DNA of 63,473 nucleotides, counting the filler, from Chiloscyllium plagiosum (taxonomy: Eukaryota), in NCBI RefSeq assembly GCF_004010195.1. It is 4 parts of one record of this genome, joined end to end, with 100 filler letters (N's around TTAATTAATTAA, not from the genome) between each part and the next. Parts side by side here need not be neighbours in the genome. Positions count along the whole stretch, not along the records: positions 1 to 19,252 come from NC_057713.1; 3 more parts are not named here. The stretch is one strand, 5' to 3'. Each line of letters opens with the position of its first letter. The first letter of the stretch is position 1. The position numbers and the translations under genes are program-made. Below, piece by piece: positions 1 to 11,476 of the stretch. The notes under the pieces were generated by a model that had not been told where the DNA came from, did not search any database, and saw nothing but the letters and a program-made list of their open reading frames with translations.

Positions 1-91
1 ACCACAACAACAATTCCAAAGTTTGTCTAATGTAAAAATTTTGGGATTATGCACTATATATTTTAATCCAGATCATGTATTTTAATCAGAA

Positions 92-1097
92 TTCTTTGAC
101 GAGGTAACAAGTAGGTTAGACCAGGGAAACACAGTGGATGTTATCTACCTAGACTTCCAAAAGGCCTTTGATAAGATGCCTCACGAGAGGCTGCTGAGTA
201 AGGTGAGAGCCCATGGTGTTCAAGGTGAACTGGCATGGATTGAGGATTGGCCAGTCTGACAGAAGGCAGAGAGTTGGGATAAAAGGTCCAAGAAAAGGCT
301 GATGTAATTCAATGTGAGGTCTTGCAATTCGGAAAAAAGAATACTGGGATGGACTATTTTCTAAACGGTGAGAAAATTCCTAAAGCCAAAGTACAAAGGG
401 ATCTGGGAGTATTAGTCCAGGACTCTTTAAAGGTTGACTTGCAGGTTAAGTCCATAATTAAGAAAGCAAACGTAATGTTGTTATTTATTTCAAGAGGGTT
501 GGAATGTAAAAGCAGCGATGTGCTACTGAGACTTTGTAAAGCTCTGGTTATGCCCCATTTAGAATACTTTGCCCAGTTTTGGGCCTCAGGAAGGATATAC
601 TGGCATGGAACGTGTCCATCCAAGATTCATACAGACGATCCCGGAATGGTAGGCCTAACATACGATGAACAGCTGAGGATCCTGGGATTGTATTCATTAG
701 CGTTTAGAAGGTTGAGGGGTTGATCTAATAGAAACTTACAAATTAATGCATGGCTTAGAAATGGTGGATGCTATTTGTTTCCGTTAGGCAGAGATACTAG
801 GACCCATGGGTACAGCCTCAGAATTAGAAGAGGTCAATTTAGAATGGAAATGAAGAGACATTTCTTCAGCCAGAGAACGGTGGGCCTGTGGAATTCATTG
901 CCAAAGAACGCAGTGGAGGCCGGGACGTTAAATGTCTTCAAGGCAGAAATTGATAAATCCTTAATCTCGCAAGGAATTAAGAGATACGGGGAGAGTGCGG
1001 TTAAGTGGTGTTGAAATGCCCATCAGCCATGATTGAATGGCAGAGTGGACCCGCCACTTACTTCCAATCCGATGTCTAATGGTCTTATGGTCTTATT
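92..1097 (+). mobile_element. 5'-truncated CR1 LINE (RT C-terminus and 3' tail)
   Basis: Closely similar to the RT region at 42300-43021. ORFs 322..723 and 775..1014 carry CR1 motifs (QRDLGV, PHLEY, FFSQR..LWNSLP); short tandem tail tatggtcttatggtctta. Confidence 0.9.
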
Positions 1098-1379
1098 AAT
1101 CTGTATTAAAAAAATTGTCACAACACATTTCCTTTTACTTTGAAAAAGAACCATTCAATTATACTCTACTTTCTATACCCCAAGATATTTTGTATCCACA
1201 TGCTTACTGTCCTATGGACTTTAATAGCAGGTCTATTACAAGTTGCTCTGAAAGTTGATATATGCAACATTATATCAAGTGCAGCAACACAATTTACCGC
1301 AGTGTTGAAACTCGCATCTCCATTAGCAACATTTAATACTGTCAAGTGAGAAAATTGAACAGTACAAATATTTGAACTA

Positions 1380-2250
1380 CTTCCATCATAAGGTCAGAAA
1401 TGGGGAGATTCATTGATGATGTCACAATGATTAGTGCGATTCACTTTTCTGCATATTGAAGCAGTCAGTGTCCATATGCAGCAAGACCTAGACAACATCC
1501 AGGCTTGGGCTGATAAGTGGCAAGTAGTGTTTGCACTGCTGAGCAATGAGCATCTTAAATAAAACAGAATTTAATCATAGCCCCCATGACATTCAATGGC
1601 ATCATTGAATCCCCCTATTATCACCATCTGAAGGGTTATCATTGGCAAGAAAGTGAAGTGGAACACCCATATAAATACTGTGGCTACAGGAGCAGGTTAG
1701 AGGCCAGGAATTTTGTGGTAAGTGATTCACCTTCTGTCTCCCCAAAGTCTGAACACCATCTACAAATCAGGACTGAGATGGAATGTTCTTCACTTGCTGC
1801 TCCAGCAACATTTAGAAAGCTCAATACCATTCTAAATATAGCAACCTCTTTGATTGGTGCACCAATCTCTACCTTGAACATTCCCTCCCTCCACCACTGT
1901 TACATTGTAGCAGCAGTGTGTACCATCTGCAAGATGCATTGCAATAACTCACCCTAGCTTCTTTGCCAGAACCTTCCAAGCCCATGATCTCTAACAAGTA
2001 GAAGGATAAGAGCAGGAGGTACATGGATATGTCACCACTTGCAAGTTCCCTCCAAGACTCTCATATAATCCTGCCTTAGAAATATATATCGCCATTCCGT
2101 ATGAATAAAAATCCTGGAACTTCCTTTCCAAACACACCAACATGCCAAGCACTGAAACATTCAAGGCCACTCATCACCACGTTCTTCAGGCCCACTAGGG
2201 ATGTGGAATTAATTCTGGCAGAGCCATCAATGCCCACATCCTGTTAATAA
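1380..2250 (+). mobile_element. Old, degraded LINE (CR1/L2 group) 3' part
   Basis: Degenerate RT C-terminal pattern (QQDLDNIQAWADKWQV-like) and a 3' tail shared with other diverged copies (about 7030-8300 and 43440-44030 on the - strand, 48750-49040). Confidence 0.6.
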
Positions 2251-2347
2251 TAAATGGCATTATTGCAAACACTGGACAGATGCAAAAATATGTGGTAGAA
2301 ATATGAGATGTTGTTGACTGTATTGATGCTGTGTAGAAGCCCCGAGG

Positions 2348-3533
2348 TGAAAATGTGTTGCTGGAAAAGTGCAGCAGGTCAGGCAGCATCCAAGGAACAG
2401 GAGAATCGACGTTTCGGGCATAAGCTCTTATTCAGGAATGAGGAAAGTGTGCCCAGCAGGCTAAGATAAAAGGTAGGGGGGAGGGACTTGGGGGAGGGGT
2501 GTTGGAAATGCGATAGGTGNNNNNNNNNNNNNNNNNNNNNNNNNNNNNNNNNNNNNNNNNNNNNNNNNNNNNNNNNNNNNNNNNNNNNNNNNNNNNNNNN
2601 NNNNNNNNNNNNNNNNNNNNNNNNNNNNNNNNNNNNNNNNNNNNNNNNNNNNNNNNNNNNNNNNNNNNNNNNNNNNNNNNNNNNNNNNNNNNNNNNNNNN
2701 NNNNNNNNNNNNNNNNNNNNNNNNNNNNNNNNNNNNNNNNNNNNNNNNNNNNNNNNNNNNNNNNNNNNNNNNNNNNNNNNNNNNNNNNNNNNNNNNNNNN
2801 NNNNNNNNNNNNNNNNNNNNNNNNNNNNNNNNNNNNNNNNNNNNNNNNNNNNNNNNNNNNNNNNNNNNNNNNNNNNNNNNNNNNNNNNNNNNNNNNNNNN
2901 NNNNNNNNNNNNNNNNNNNNNNNNNNNNNNNNNNNNNNNNNNNNNNNNNNNNNNNNNNNNNNNNNNNNNNNNNNNNNNNNNNNNNNNNNNNNNNNNNNNN
3001 NNNNNNNNNNNNNNNNNNNNNNNNNNNNNNNNNNNNNNNNNNNNNNNNNNNNNNNNNNNNNNNNNNNNNNNNNNNNNNNNNNNNNNNNNNNNNNNNNNNN
3101 NNNNNNNNNNNNNNNNNNNNNNNNNNNNNNNNNNNNNNNNNNNNNNNNNNNNNNNNNNNNNNNNNNNNNNNNNNNNNNNNNNNNNNNNNNNNNNNNNNNN
3201 NNNNNNNNNNNNNNNNNNNNNNNNNNNNNNNNNNNNNNNNNNNNNNNNNNNNNNNNNNNNNNNNNNNNNNNNNNNNNNNNNNNNNNNNNNNNNNNNNNNN
3301 NNNNNNNNNNACGTTTCGGGCATAAGCCCTTCTTCAGGAATGAGGAAAGTTTGTCCAGCAGGCTAAGATAATTTTATCTTAGCCTGCTGGACAAACTTTC
3401 CTCATTCCTGAAGAAGGGCTTATGCCTGAAACGTCGATTCTCCTGTTCCTTGGATGCTGCCTGACCTGCTGCGCTTTTCCAGCAACACATTTTTCAGCTC
3501 TGATCTCCAGCATCTGCAGTCCTCACTTTCTCC
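2348..3533. mobile_element. Penelope-derived fold-back element with hammerhead motifs (interrupted by an assembly gap)
   Basis: 14-bp TSD TAGAAGCCCCGAGG at 2334-2347 and 3534-3547. Near-perfect palindrome over 3311-3434 centred on ggctaagata-attt-tatcttagcc. Confidence 0.85.
3404..3439 (+). ncRNA. Minimal type I hammerhead ribozyme motif
   Basis: ttc-CTGAAGA-A-GGGC-TTAT-GCCT-GAAACGTC-GA: intact core, stem II hairpin, palindromic ACGT stem III, GUC cleavage triplet. A mirror copy lies on the - strand at 3311-3340. Confidence 0.75.
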
Positions 3534-3819
3534 TAGAAGCCCCGAGGACCATGTTCAAAATCAGAAAATTAATGTCACAAGCGATAGTAATTCTAGATCT
3601 ACACATCCAGAAACACAAAGTCAATACGTTGTTTGGGGTTGGGGAACTAATTTCCTTTTGTGCTTATTTTCTATCCTTTCTGGTGCAGTTGGAGACTTGA
3701 GAACCATAGCTGCCTATGGGCCCTTTTTCCCCACGATATCATCAGTATTACTATAGTGAGAACTAGTCTTTTAGCCAAGGCCATGTGGAGAAATCAATGA
3801 AAACTTGCATTGTATGATT

Positions 3820-4430
3820 GCCCAACATGGCGGTCTCACACCCAGCCCCCCCATACTCACTATAGAGCACCAGAACTGGAACACATACCACCTTGACAAC
3901 TGCTGTGTCGTCTCATCGGTATCCGCAGACGGTGCTGGCTTTCTACCTCGGGGGCCCGCACGTAGTCAACGTGACTTTTATCGGGCACGCGCTTGCGTGT
4001 CGGGTTCGCGGTTCCGTTCCGGACGTGCGTTCTACAGGTTCGTCTGCGGAGACGCGCACGCAACGCGATTACGTCTCATCGCCGGGGACGTTAGGCGGCG
4101 GCGCAGTCCGCGTTGAGTTCCTGGCTAGGAAGATGGCGGCCAGAGCCCCAGGTGAGGGAGAGCGGAGCGGTGCGGGTGCGAGGGGGGCGGAAACGAGGGA
4201 GACAGTCCGGCTGTGGGTAAAATCCCTAGCGTTTCCCAAACTGAGCTGGTGAGCAAACCTCAGCCTGTTTCCGAGAGCGATGTGGAGGTCCTCCGGGGAA
4301 GGGAAGGTGATTGCGGGGTCACGGCGGTCGTGGGTGAGGGAGAGGTACCGGCTCCGTCCCGGCGCCAGTGACCAACTCCAGCGGCTTCCACCGCCCCCCG
4401 GAGAGGCTCCGGCTCTGAGGCCTGTAGTGT
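3820..4430 (+). promoter_or_regulatory. CpG-island promoter of UQCRB with YY1-like motifs
   Basis: Dense CpG/GC-rich stretch in a CpG-poor background, spanning exon 1. CAACATGGCGG at 3823-3833 and AAGATGGCGGC at 4130-4140 match the YY1 consensus; GCGCACGCA near 4054 is NRF1-like; TTCCG ETS cores near 4011-4021. Confidence 0.8.
4133..4151 (+). CDS. UQCRB: UQCRB exon 1 coding part (MAARAP+G), ubiquinol-cytochrome c reductase binding protein / complex III subunit 7
   Basis: ATG at 4133 in aagATGGcg context inside a CpG island, 19 nt followed by a GTGAG donor. It splices in phase to exon 2; the four exons total 336 nt = 111 aa + TGA. Confidence 0.9.
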
Positions 4431-4529
4431 CTCTCTTTGTCTTTGAGACCTAGCGGAGGAGAGGACCAACTTGTTTTTACAGCGCTCAAGGTGACCCCTG
4501 CAGAGAGTGCGATAGGGATCAGGAGATAG

Positions 4530-6695
4530 TTATTGAGATGTACAGCACAGAAGCAGACCCGAACAGATATCCTAAATTAGTCTAATCCCATTTGCCAGCA
4601 TTTGGCCATCTAAACCCTTCCTATTCATATACCCATCCAAATGTCTTTTAAATGTTGTAATTGTATCAGCCTCCACCACTTCCTCTGACAGCTCATTCCA
4701 CACATGCACCACCCCTTGTGTGGTAAAGTTGCCCCTCAGCTCCCTTTCCAATCTTTCCTCTCCCAACTTAGACTTACAGCCTCGAGCTTTGGACACCCCT
4801 AGCCCAGGAAAAAAAAAAGTTGGCTATTCACCCTATCCACGTCCTTCGTAATTTTATAAACCTCTGCCCCTCAGTTTCTGACTCTCCAGGGAAAACAGCC
4901 CCAACCTATTCAGCCTCTCCTTATAGCTCAAACTTGCCAACCCTGGCAACATCTTTGTAAGTCTTTTCTGAACCCTTTCAGGTTTCCCTACATCTTTCCT
5001 ACAGCAGGGAGACCAGAATTGAATACAGTATTCCAAAAGTGGCCTAACCAATGTCCTGTACAGCTGCAACTGGCCTCCTATACTCAATTCACTGACCAAT
5101 AAAGGCCAGCATACCAAATGCCTGTCTACCTGTGACTCCACTTTCAAAGTATAAACCTGCACTCCAAGGCCTCTTTGTTCAGCAGCACCTCCCAGGACTT
5201 TACCATTTAAGTGTGTAAGTCCTGCTTTGATTTGCCTTTCCAGAATGCAACACCCTCAATTATATAAATTAAACTCTATTTGCCACTCCTTGGTCCTTTT
5301 GCCCATCTGTTCAAGGTCCCATTGAACGCTGAGGTAACTACTGCCCACCTCCACCAATTTTGCTGTCATCTGTGAACTTACTAGGTCATATCCATTTATA
5401 TAAATGACAAAAAAAAGTGGACCCGGCACCAATCCTTGTGACACATGGCTGGTCACAGGCATCCAATCTGAAAATTAATCCTCCTACCTTTGAGCCAGTT
5501 CTGCATCCAAATGGAGAATTCTCCCTATATTCCATGTGATATAACCTTGTTAACCAGTCTACGATGAGGAACGTTGTTGAATGCCTTGAGGAAGTCCATA
5601 TAGATCATGTCCACTGCTTTGCCTTCATCAATCCTCTTTGTTACCTCATCAAAAAACTCAAACAAGTGAGTGAGGCACAATTTCCCATGCACAAAGTTAT
5701 GCTGACTATCTTTAATCAGTCCTTGTCTTTATAAATACATGTAAATCCTATCCCTCAGGATTCCCTCCAATAGTTCCCTGGCTTTTCCTTTCCAGCTTTC
5801 TTTAATAGATAAATGTATGGTTGTCCACTTTGGTGGCAAGAACAGGAAGGCAGATTACTATCTAAATGGAGTCAAATTAGGTAAAGGGGAAGTACAACAA
5901 GATCTGGGTGTTCATGTACATTAGTCAATGAGAGCAAGCATGCAGGTACAGCAGGCAGTAAAGAAAGCCAATGGCATGCTAGTCTTCATAACAAGAGAAA
6001 TTGAGTATAAGAGCAAACAGGTGTTTCTGCAGCTGTGCAGGGCCCTGGTGAGACTGCACCTGGAGTATTGTGTGCAGTTTTGGTCTCCAAATTTGAGGAA
6101 GGACATTCTGGCTGTTGAGGTCAATCCCCGGAATGGCGAGACTATCATATGTTGAAAGATTGGAGCGACTGGGCTTGTATACGCTTGAGTTTAGAAGGAC
6201 GAGAGGGAAAATGATTGAGACGTATAAGATTATTAAAGGATTGGACACTCTGGAGGCAGGAAGCATGTTTTCGCTGATGGTTGAGTCCAGATTCAGAGGA
6301 CACGGTTTAAAAATAAGGGGTAGACCATTTAGAACAGAGTTGAGGAGAAACTTCTTCACCCAGAGAGTGGTGGATATATGGAATGCTCTTCCCCAGAAGG
6401 CAGTGGAGGCCAAGTCTCTGGATACTTTCAAGAAAGAGATGGATAGAGCTCCTAAAGATAGGGGATTCAGGGGTTATGGGGATAAGGCAGGAACAGGATA
6501 CTGACTGTGGATTATCAGCCATGATCATAATGAATGATGGTGCTGGTTCGAATGGCCTACACCTGCACCTATTGTCTATTGTTAGCCAACCTCCAGTTTT
6601 CCGGCACTTCACCTGTGGCTATCGATGATAAAAATATCTCAGCAAGCCCAGCAATCACTTCCCTAGCTTCCCACAGAGTTCTAGGGTACACCTAA
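4530..6695 (-). mobile_element. Degraded CR1 LINE in UQCRB intron 1, interrupted by a + strand CR1
   Basis: ORFs 4572..4796, 4854..5162 and 5256..5462 carry CR1 RT C-terminal motifs. The sequence resumes at about 6580, collinear with the copy at 24860-25000. Confidence 0.85.
5808..6579 (+). mobile_element. 5'-truncated CR1 LINE nested in the - strand CR1
   Basis: ORFs 5928..6155 and 6115..6504 (HLEYCVQFWSP, FFTQRVVDIWNALP); tail ctattgtctatt. Confidence 0.9.
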
Positions 6696-7029
6696 TGCTA
6701 CCATTCAGAAGGAAGCCATTTGGCCCAACATTTCCATGCTGCCCCTTTTGGTTATGCTTCCTGGATTTTTTTCATCCTGGAGGTTTTCCTCCTTTGAGTA
6801 TTTATTTGACTCTTCCATGAAAATTACTATTAAATCTATTTTTGCTATTCTGGTAGAATGTTCAAGATAATTTGGTTGTGGGGAAAAATACGATGAGTTG
6901 TCTGGAATAGCGCCTTCTGATATTTTTTAAAAGAAGTTTGGTTCTCCTTGGGGCTCTTGTACTGCAGCGGCAGTATCCCTACCTCTGACCCAAGAAGCCT
7001 GGGGTCAAGTTGTTGCTGACAGTTCCTCC

Positions 7030-8300
7030 TTACTGCTTTTTAAAAATTTGTTCATGGAACGTGGGGGTTGGTGCTGGTGGTGACCTGCCTTTTTTAAAAA
7101 ACTCAGCCCATTTGTTTGATGTAGACCCATAATGCTGGCAGGGAGCAGTTCCAGGATTTTGAACTAGTAACACAGAAAAGATGATATTTTTCTAAGTTAG
7201 GATAATGAGTGCCTTGGAAGTGAACTTTTCGGGTGGTGCTGTTTCCATGTATCTGCTGTCTTTGTCCTGTTAGTCAGTAGGATCGTGGGTTTTGAAGGTG
7301 CTGTCTTAAGCCTTAGTCAATTTCTGCAGTACAGTTTGCAGATGATACAAACTGCTGCTACTGTTGGTGCTGGAGAGAGTGACTGGCACCATAGCCAAAA
7401 CAATCAAGCAAGCTGCTTTGTCTTGGATGGGATCAAGTTTCTTGTTTATGATGCTGCACTAATTCAGTCAAATGAGAAGTGTTCCATCACATTCCTGACT
7501 TGTGCTTTGGAGAGTCTGCGTTGTGCTGCACGATTCCCATCTTCTGGCCACTTTTGTAGCAATAGAATGTTTGTGGCTAGTCCAGTTCACCTTCTATTCA
7601 GTGGTGACATCCAGAATAGTAGCTGAATCCATAGTAGGTGATTCAGTAGTGGTCATGCCTTTAAATATCAATGGGCACTTATTAAATTCTTTCTTTTTGA
7701 ATATGATCGTTGCCTGGCACTTGTCAGTTCAAACCTGGATGTTGTCCATATCTTGCTGTATTTGGACATGGACTGCTTCAGTATCTGAGGAGTTACGAAT
7801 GATGCTGAACATCATGTAATCAACAAAACATCCCCACTTCTGACGTTCTGATATGGGCAATGTCATTAACATAGCAACTGAAAATGGTTGGGCCTTGAAT
7901 ACTACTCTGAGGAATTCCTGCTGAGATGACTGCCCTCCAATAAACATAACCATTTCCTTTATGCTAGCAATGACTCCCACTAGGAGAGAGTTTCTCCTTT
8001 TTCCCATTGCCTTTGGTTTTGCTAGGGGTCTCGATTTACAGATACAGTGGAAAGTATTTTGCGTGCTAATGAGACAAATCATACCTTACATAAGTACATC
8101 AGGGTAATAGAACAGAATGCCGAATAAAGTGTTCAGCTACAGAGAAGGTGTAGAGAAAGATCACCTCTAATATATGAGAGGCCACAATCATGGCCTCAAC
8201 ATCGAGGGCAGTCACTTTCACCTTACTTGTGGATTTCTGCTCTTTTGTCCATTTTTTAACTAATGCTGTACTGAGGTCAGCTACCAAGTGGCCCTTGTGT
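7030..8300 (-). mobile_element. Old degraded LINE (same family as 1380-2250)
   Basis: Reverse-complement similarity to 1380-2250; ORF 7729..8082 ends in DTEAVHVQIQQDMDNIQV. Confidence 0.55.
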
Positions 8301-8467
8301 AACCCATGCCTTTATCAACTGTGTTGTGAGGACAACCCCAATCCCCCATCCTCAGTTATGTCTCATTAGAATCTTCTGCACCTTTTCAAATGCTTTGGCA
8401 TTTCTTCCAAATTTAGATTCCAAGAATTGTGCACAGTGCTCCAGTTACCCCAAGCAACATTTGTAAA

Positions 8468-8670
8468 ATCATAGAATCCCTACAGTGTGGAAACAGGCCC
8501 TTCGGCCCAACAAGTCCACACCGACCCTCCGAAGAGTAACCCACCCAGATCCTTTCCCCAACCCCATTAATCCTATATTTACCGCTAACTAATGCTCCTA
8601 ATCTATACATCCCTGAACACTATGGGTAATTTAGCATAGCCAATTCACCTAACCTGCACATCTTTGGATT
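8468..8670 (-). mobile_element. HE1-type V-SINE, 3' half
   Basis: Reverse complement of the 3' part of the SINE at 11161-11476 (ggcccttcggcccaacaagtccacaccg...aacctgcacatctttgga). Confidence 0.85.
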
Positions 8671-8825
8671 ATGTTTAATGTTCTTGCTTAGTCAGATAAA
8701 GATCCTTTAGTGACTTTTTGCAAGCTTTTCTATTGAGCTGCCATCTTCAAAGATGTGGGTACATGCACCCTGATCCCCACCCTGTGTCTCAGTTCTCACT
8801 TTTAAAACTATGCCACTTAATTTAT

Positions 8826-8975
8826 AACAAAATTAGAAATTGCTGGAGAAACTCAGTAGATCTGGCAGCGTCTGATGAAGGGTCGCTGGACCTAAAATGT
8901 TAACTCTGGATTCTCTCCACAGATGCTGTCAAACCTAAGTTTTTTTCCAGCAGTATCTGTTTTTGTTTCAGATTG
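8826..8975. mobile_element. Penelope-derived fold-back mini-element, family B, degraded hammerhead at 8872-8904
   Basis: Arms gaaattgctggagaaactcag / ttttccagcag; CTGATGA-AGGGTC-GCTG-GACCT-AAAA-TGTTAAC with GAAA mutated to AAAA. Confidence 0.7.
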
Positions 8976-9069
8976 CTATCAAAGATTGCTGTCTTTGTTT
9001 TATTAACAAATATCCCTATCTTAGCATTGCTAGGCAATATGCCTTATGGTTTTAGCTGTAGAGAAGTCT

Positions 9070-9255
9070 GGAGTCAATTAGCTCAGTTAACTGGGTGGCT
9101 GACTTGAGCTAGTGTCAACAGCACAAGTTCAATTCCCACACCAGCTGAGGTCACCATGAAGGTCTGACCTTCTTAACCTTGTCCCTTTCCTGAGGCATGG
9201 TGAACCTCGAGTTAAATGCACCACCAATCCAGAAATAGTCTTCTGGGACTATAAC
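9070..9255 (+). mobile_element. tRNA-derived SINE fragment
   Basis: A-box-like tagctcagtt and B-box-like gttcaattccc, followed by a non-tRNA body. Confidence 0.5.
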
Positions 9256-9649
9256 AATATATTAAAATGTTGAAGAGAGCTCCATCTATTGTTTTTATGG
9301 CATTATTGCTACACAAAACTATTCAGAAATTCCTCCTCCTCTATTTTGTGTGTTTATGACTTACACTCCAGTTCATAAACTGAGCCAGGGTATTTGAAGG
9401 CAGAGCCATTACCTAGACTTGGGTAACTTTGCCTTATACCCTCTCTCTGTTTTATAAGCTGTAGTCTGTGACTTTTTAATCCAGAGAAAAATATGTAAAG
9501 GGAGAAAGTGGGGACTGCAGATGCTGAAGATCAGAGTCCGTGTGGTGCTGGAAAAGCACAACTGGTCAAGCAGCATCTGAGGAACAGGAGAATCAACATT
9601 TCGAGCATAAGCCCTTCATCAGGAATTATTCTTAATCTCTTAAACAAAA

Positions 9650-10039
9650 AAAGCCCAAAGAACTGTGGATGCTGAAAATTACAAGTAAACAGAAATTGCT
9701 GGAAAAACTCAGGTTTGGCAGAGGGCTTGCTGGACCCTAAACATTAACTTTGCTTTCTCTCCGCAAATACTGTCAAACTTGCTGAGTTGCCTCCAGCAAT
9801 AAATGGGTATTAACAAAATCATAGCATAATTCTGAAGAGAGATGGGAGTTCTTCCATGTTTATCACCAATAATTATCTTTGAATAGCCTTTTAAAGGAAG
9901 ACTATCTGGTATAAAAATAGAGATTGTTGGAAAAACCTCAGCAGGCTTGACAGCATCTGCGGAGAGAAAGTAGAGTTAATGTTTAGGGTCCAGCAATCCC
10001 TCTGCCAGACCTGAGTTTCTCCAGCAATTTTTATTTTTG
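9650..10039. mobile_element. Two family-B PLE mini-elements in inverted orientation flanking an inverted copy of neighbouring DNA
   Basis: About 9922-10030 is the reverse complement of 9692-9800, including the same internal junction. Confidence 0.75.
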
Positions 10040-10280
10040 TACCAGGTAATCTTTCTTTATATTTAAAGATAATTATTGGCCATAAACACAGAAGAACTCC
10101 TATGTGTCTTCAAAATAGTGCTATGGTTTTGTTAATACCCATTTTAGATGTCCATCAGGAGCCTGGTTTCATATTACAATCAAAGAGTAGCATTTCCAGC
10201 AATGCAGCACCTTAGTATAAGCTTGGATTTTGTGCATCAGTCCTTAGATTGGAGCTTATTCTCCCAACTAATGAGGTGAG
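10040..10280 (-). mobile_element. SacSINE/DeuSINE-like SINE fragment
   Basis: The reverse complement resembles the Deu-domain SINE body (ggcactatt..gaagaag..ggagttc..ccaataattatc..gattatctggt); a related + strand copy lies at 38030-38370. Confidence 0.55.
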
Positions 10281-10881
10281 GCCTACTCAAGATTATTGTA
10301 GGGTCATGGAGAGCAGGCAGGAAAGTGTCTAGATCAACCATGATCTTATTGAATGGTAGAATAGGCTCAAAGTTTCAAATTGACTCCTGCTTGTAAGCCC
10401 TATGTTTTTGTTTATCTTGGGCTGAACCATGGCTAACCTAAATTCACTCCAGATTAAAATCTGTGTGTAATTCACTCCTAAAGTGTTTGTATGAAGCAAA
10501 ATCCAAACTTCTAACAGTAAATGCTATTTTGTTGCTATTTCTCAAATCCCAAGAACAAATATTAAACGACAAAGTCCTGGAGAAACCCAGCAGACTCGGC
10601 AGCATCTGTGAAAGAGAAACAGAGTCAACATTTAAAGTCTAATATACAATTGGATTTAAATTAACCTTTTTCTTCACAGATGCCGAATCTGCTATTTTTA
10701 TTTCCAATCTCTGACAACCACAGCATTTTGCTTGTATTTAGTAAGGCAGTTTGGCTAGACTATTTTCTTCTGGTAAGTGTTTCTGCGTACACTGAGCTTA
10801 ACTCTAGTGTGGTCACCTAATTTGAATTTTCTCTTCTGTGTGTTTATAATGTAATCTGTTTGTATCTTTTCTTTCCTCTAG

Positions 10882-10953
10882 CCAAGGCAACAAGCAGTTT
10901 GCTACAAAGCCTACAAAAGTGGTACTATAATGCTGCAGGATTCAACAAATATG
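10882..10953 (+). CDS. UQCRB: UQCRB exon 2 (AKATSSLLQSLQKWYYNAAGFNKYG)
   Basis: Polypyrimidine tract and AG acceptor (ctttcctctag), 72 nt, GT donor. Encodes the QCR7 hallmark KWYYNAAGFNK. Confidence 0.96.
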
Positions 10954-11160
10954 GTGCGTTTTGGAATTTAGATATTTTCTTCTATTTCTTTCCAAAATCT
11001 TTTTCAATTCTCAGTATATAGGTACGGCTGACGTAGGCAATATTTACTGTTCACCCTAATTGTCCTCCAGAAGTGGCGGTGATGAGTTAAGTTCTTAAGT
11101 CAACATGATGAGCGTGTTTCCATAAAACTATTAATTTACATTACATTACATTACATTTGT

Positions 11161-11476
11161 GGGCGGCACGGTGGCACAGTGGTTAGCACTGCTGCCTCGC
11201 AGCGCCAGAGACCCGGGTTCAATTCCCGCCTCCGGCGACTGACTGTGTGGAGTTTGCACATTCTCCCCGTGTCTGCGTGGGTTTCCTCCAGGTGCTCCGG
11301 TTTCCTCCCACAGTCCAAAGATGTGCAGGTCAGGTGAATTGGCCATGTTAAATTGTCCGTAGTGTTAGGTAAGGGGTAAATGTAGGGGTATGAGTGGGTT
11401 GCGCTTCGGCGGGTCGGTGTGGACTTGTTGGGCCGAAGGGCCTGTTTCCACACTGTAAAGTAATCTAATCTAATCT
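11161..11476 (+). mobile_element. Full-length HE1-type V-SINE in UQCRB intron 2
   Basis: tRNA-derived head with A box (TGGCACAGTGG) and B box (GGTTCAATTCC), V-domain (tgtggagtttgcacattctccccgtgtctgcgtgggtttcctcc), (TAATC)n tail. Confidence 0.92.

Noticed and set aside
1..2340. 3' exons of MTERF3, expected upstream from mammalian synteny
   Set aside because: No recognisable MTERF coding sequence; the region is mostly LINE-derived.
2379..3371. Long ORFs spanning N gaps (also 53712-54227)
   Set aside because: They are open only because N translates as X.
3805..4469. Several ORFs of 67-119 aa over the CpG island
   Set aside because: By-products of high GC content; only the 19-nt UQCRB exon 1 has splice and homology support.
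11161..11235. tRNA-like sequence with A and B boxes (also about 22615-22687, 43125-43203, 9075-9140)
   Set aside because: These are SINE heads continuing into SINE bodies, with no complete cloverleaf.
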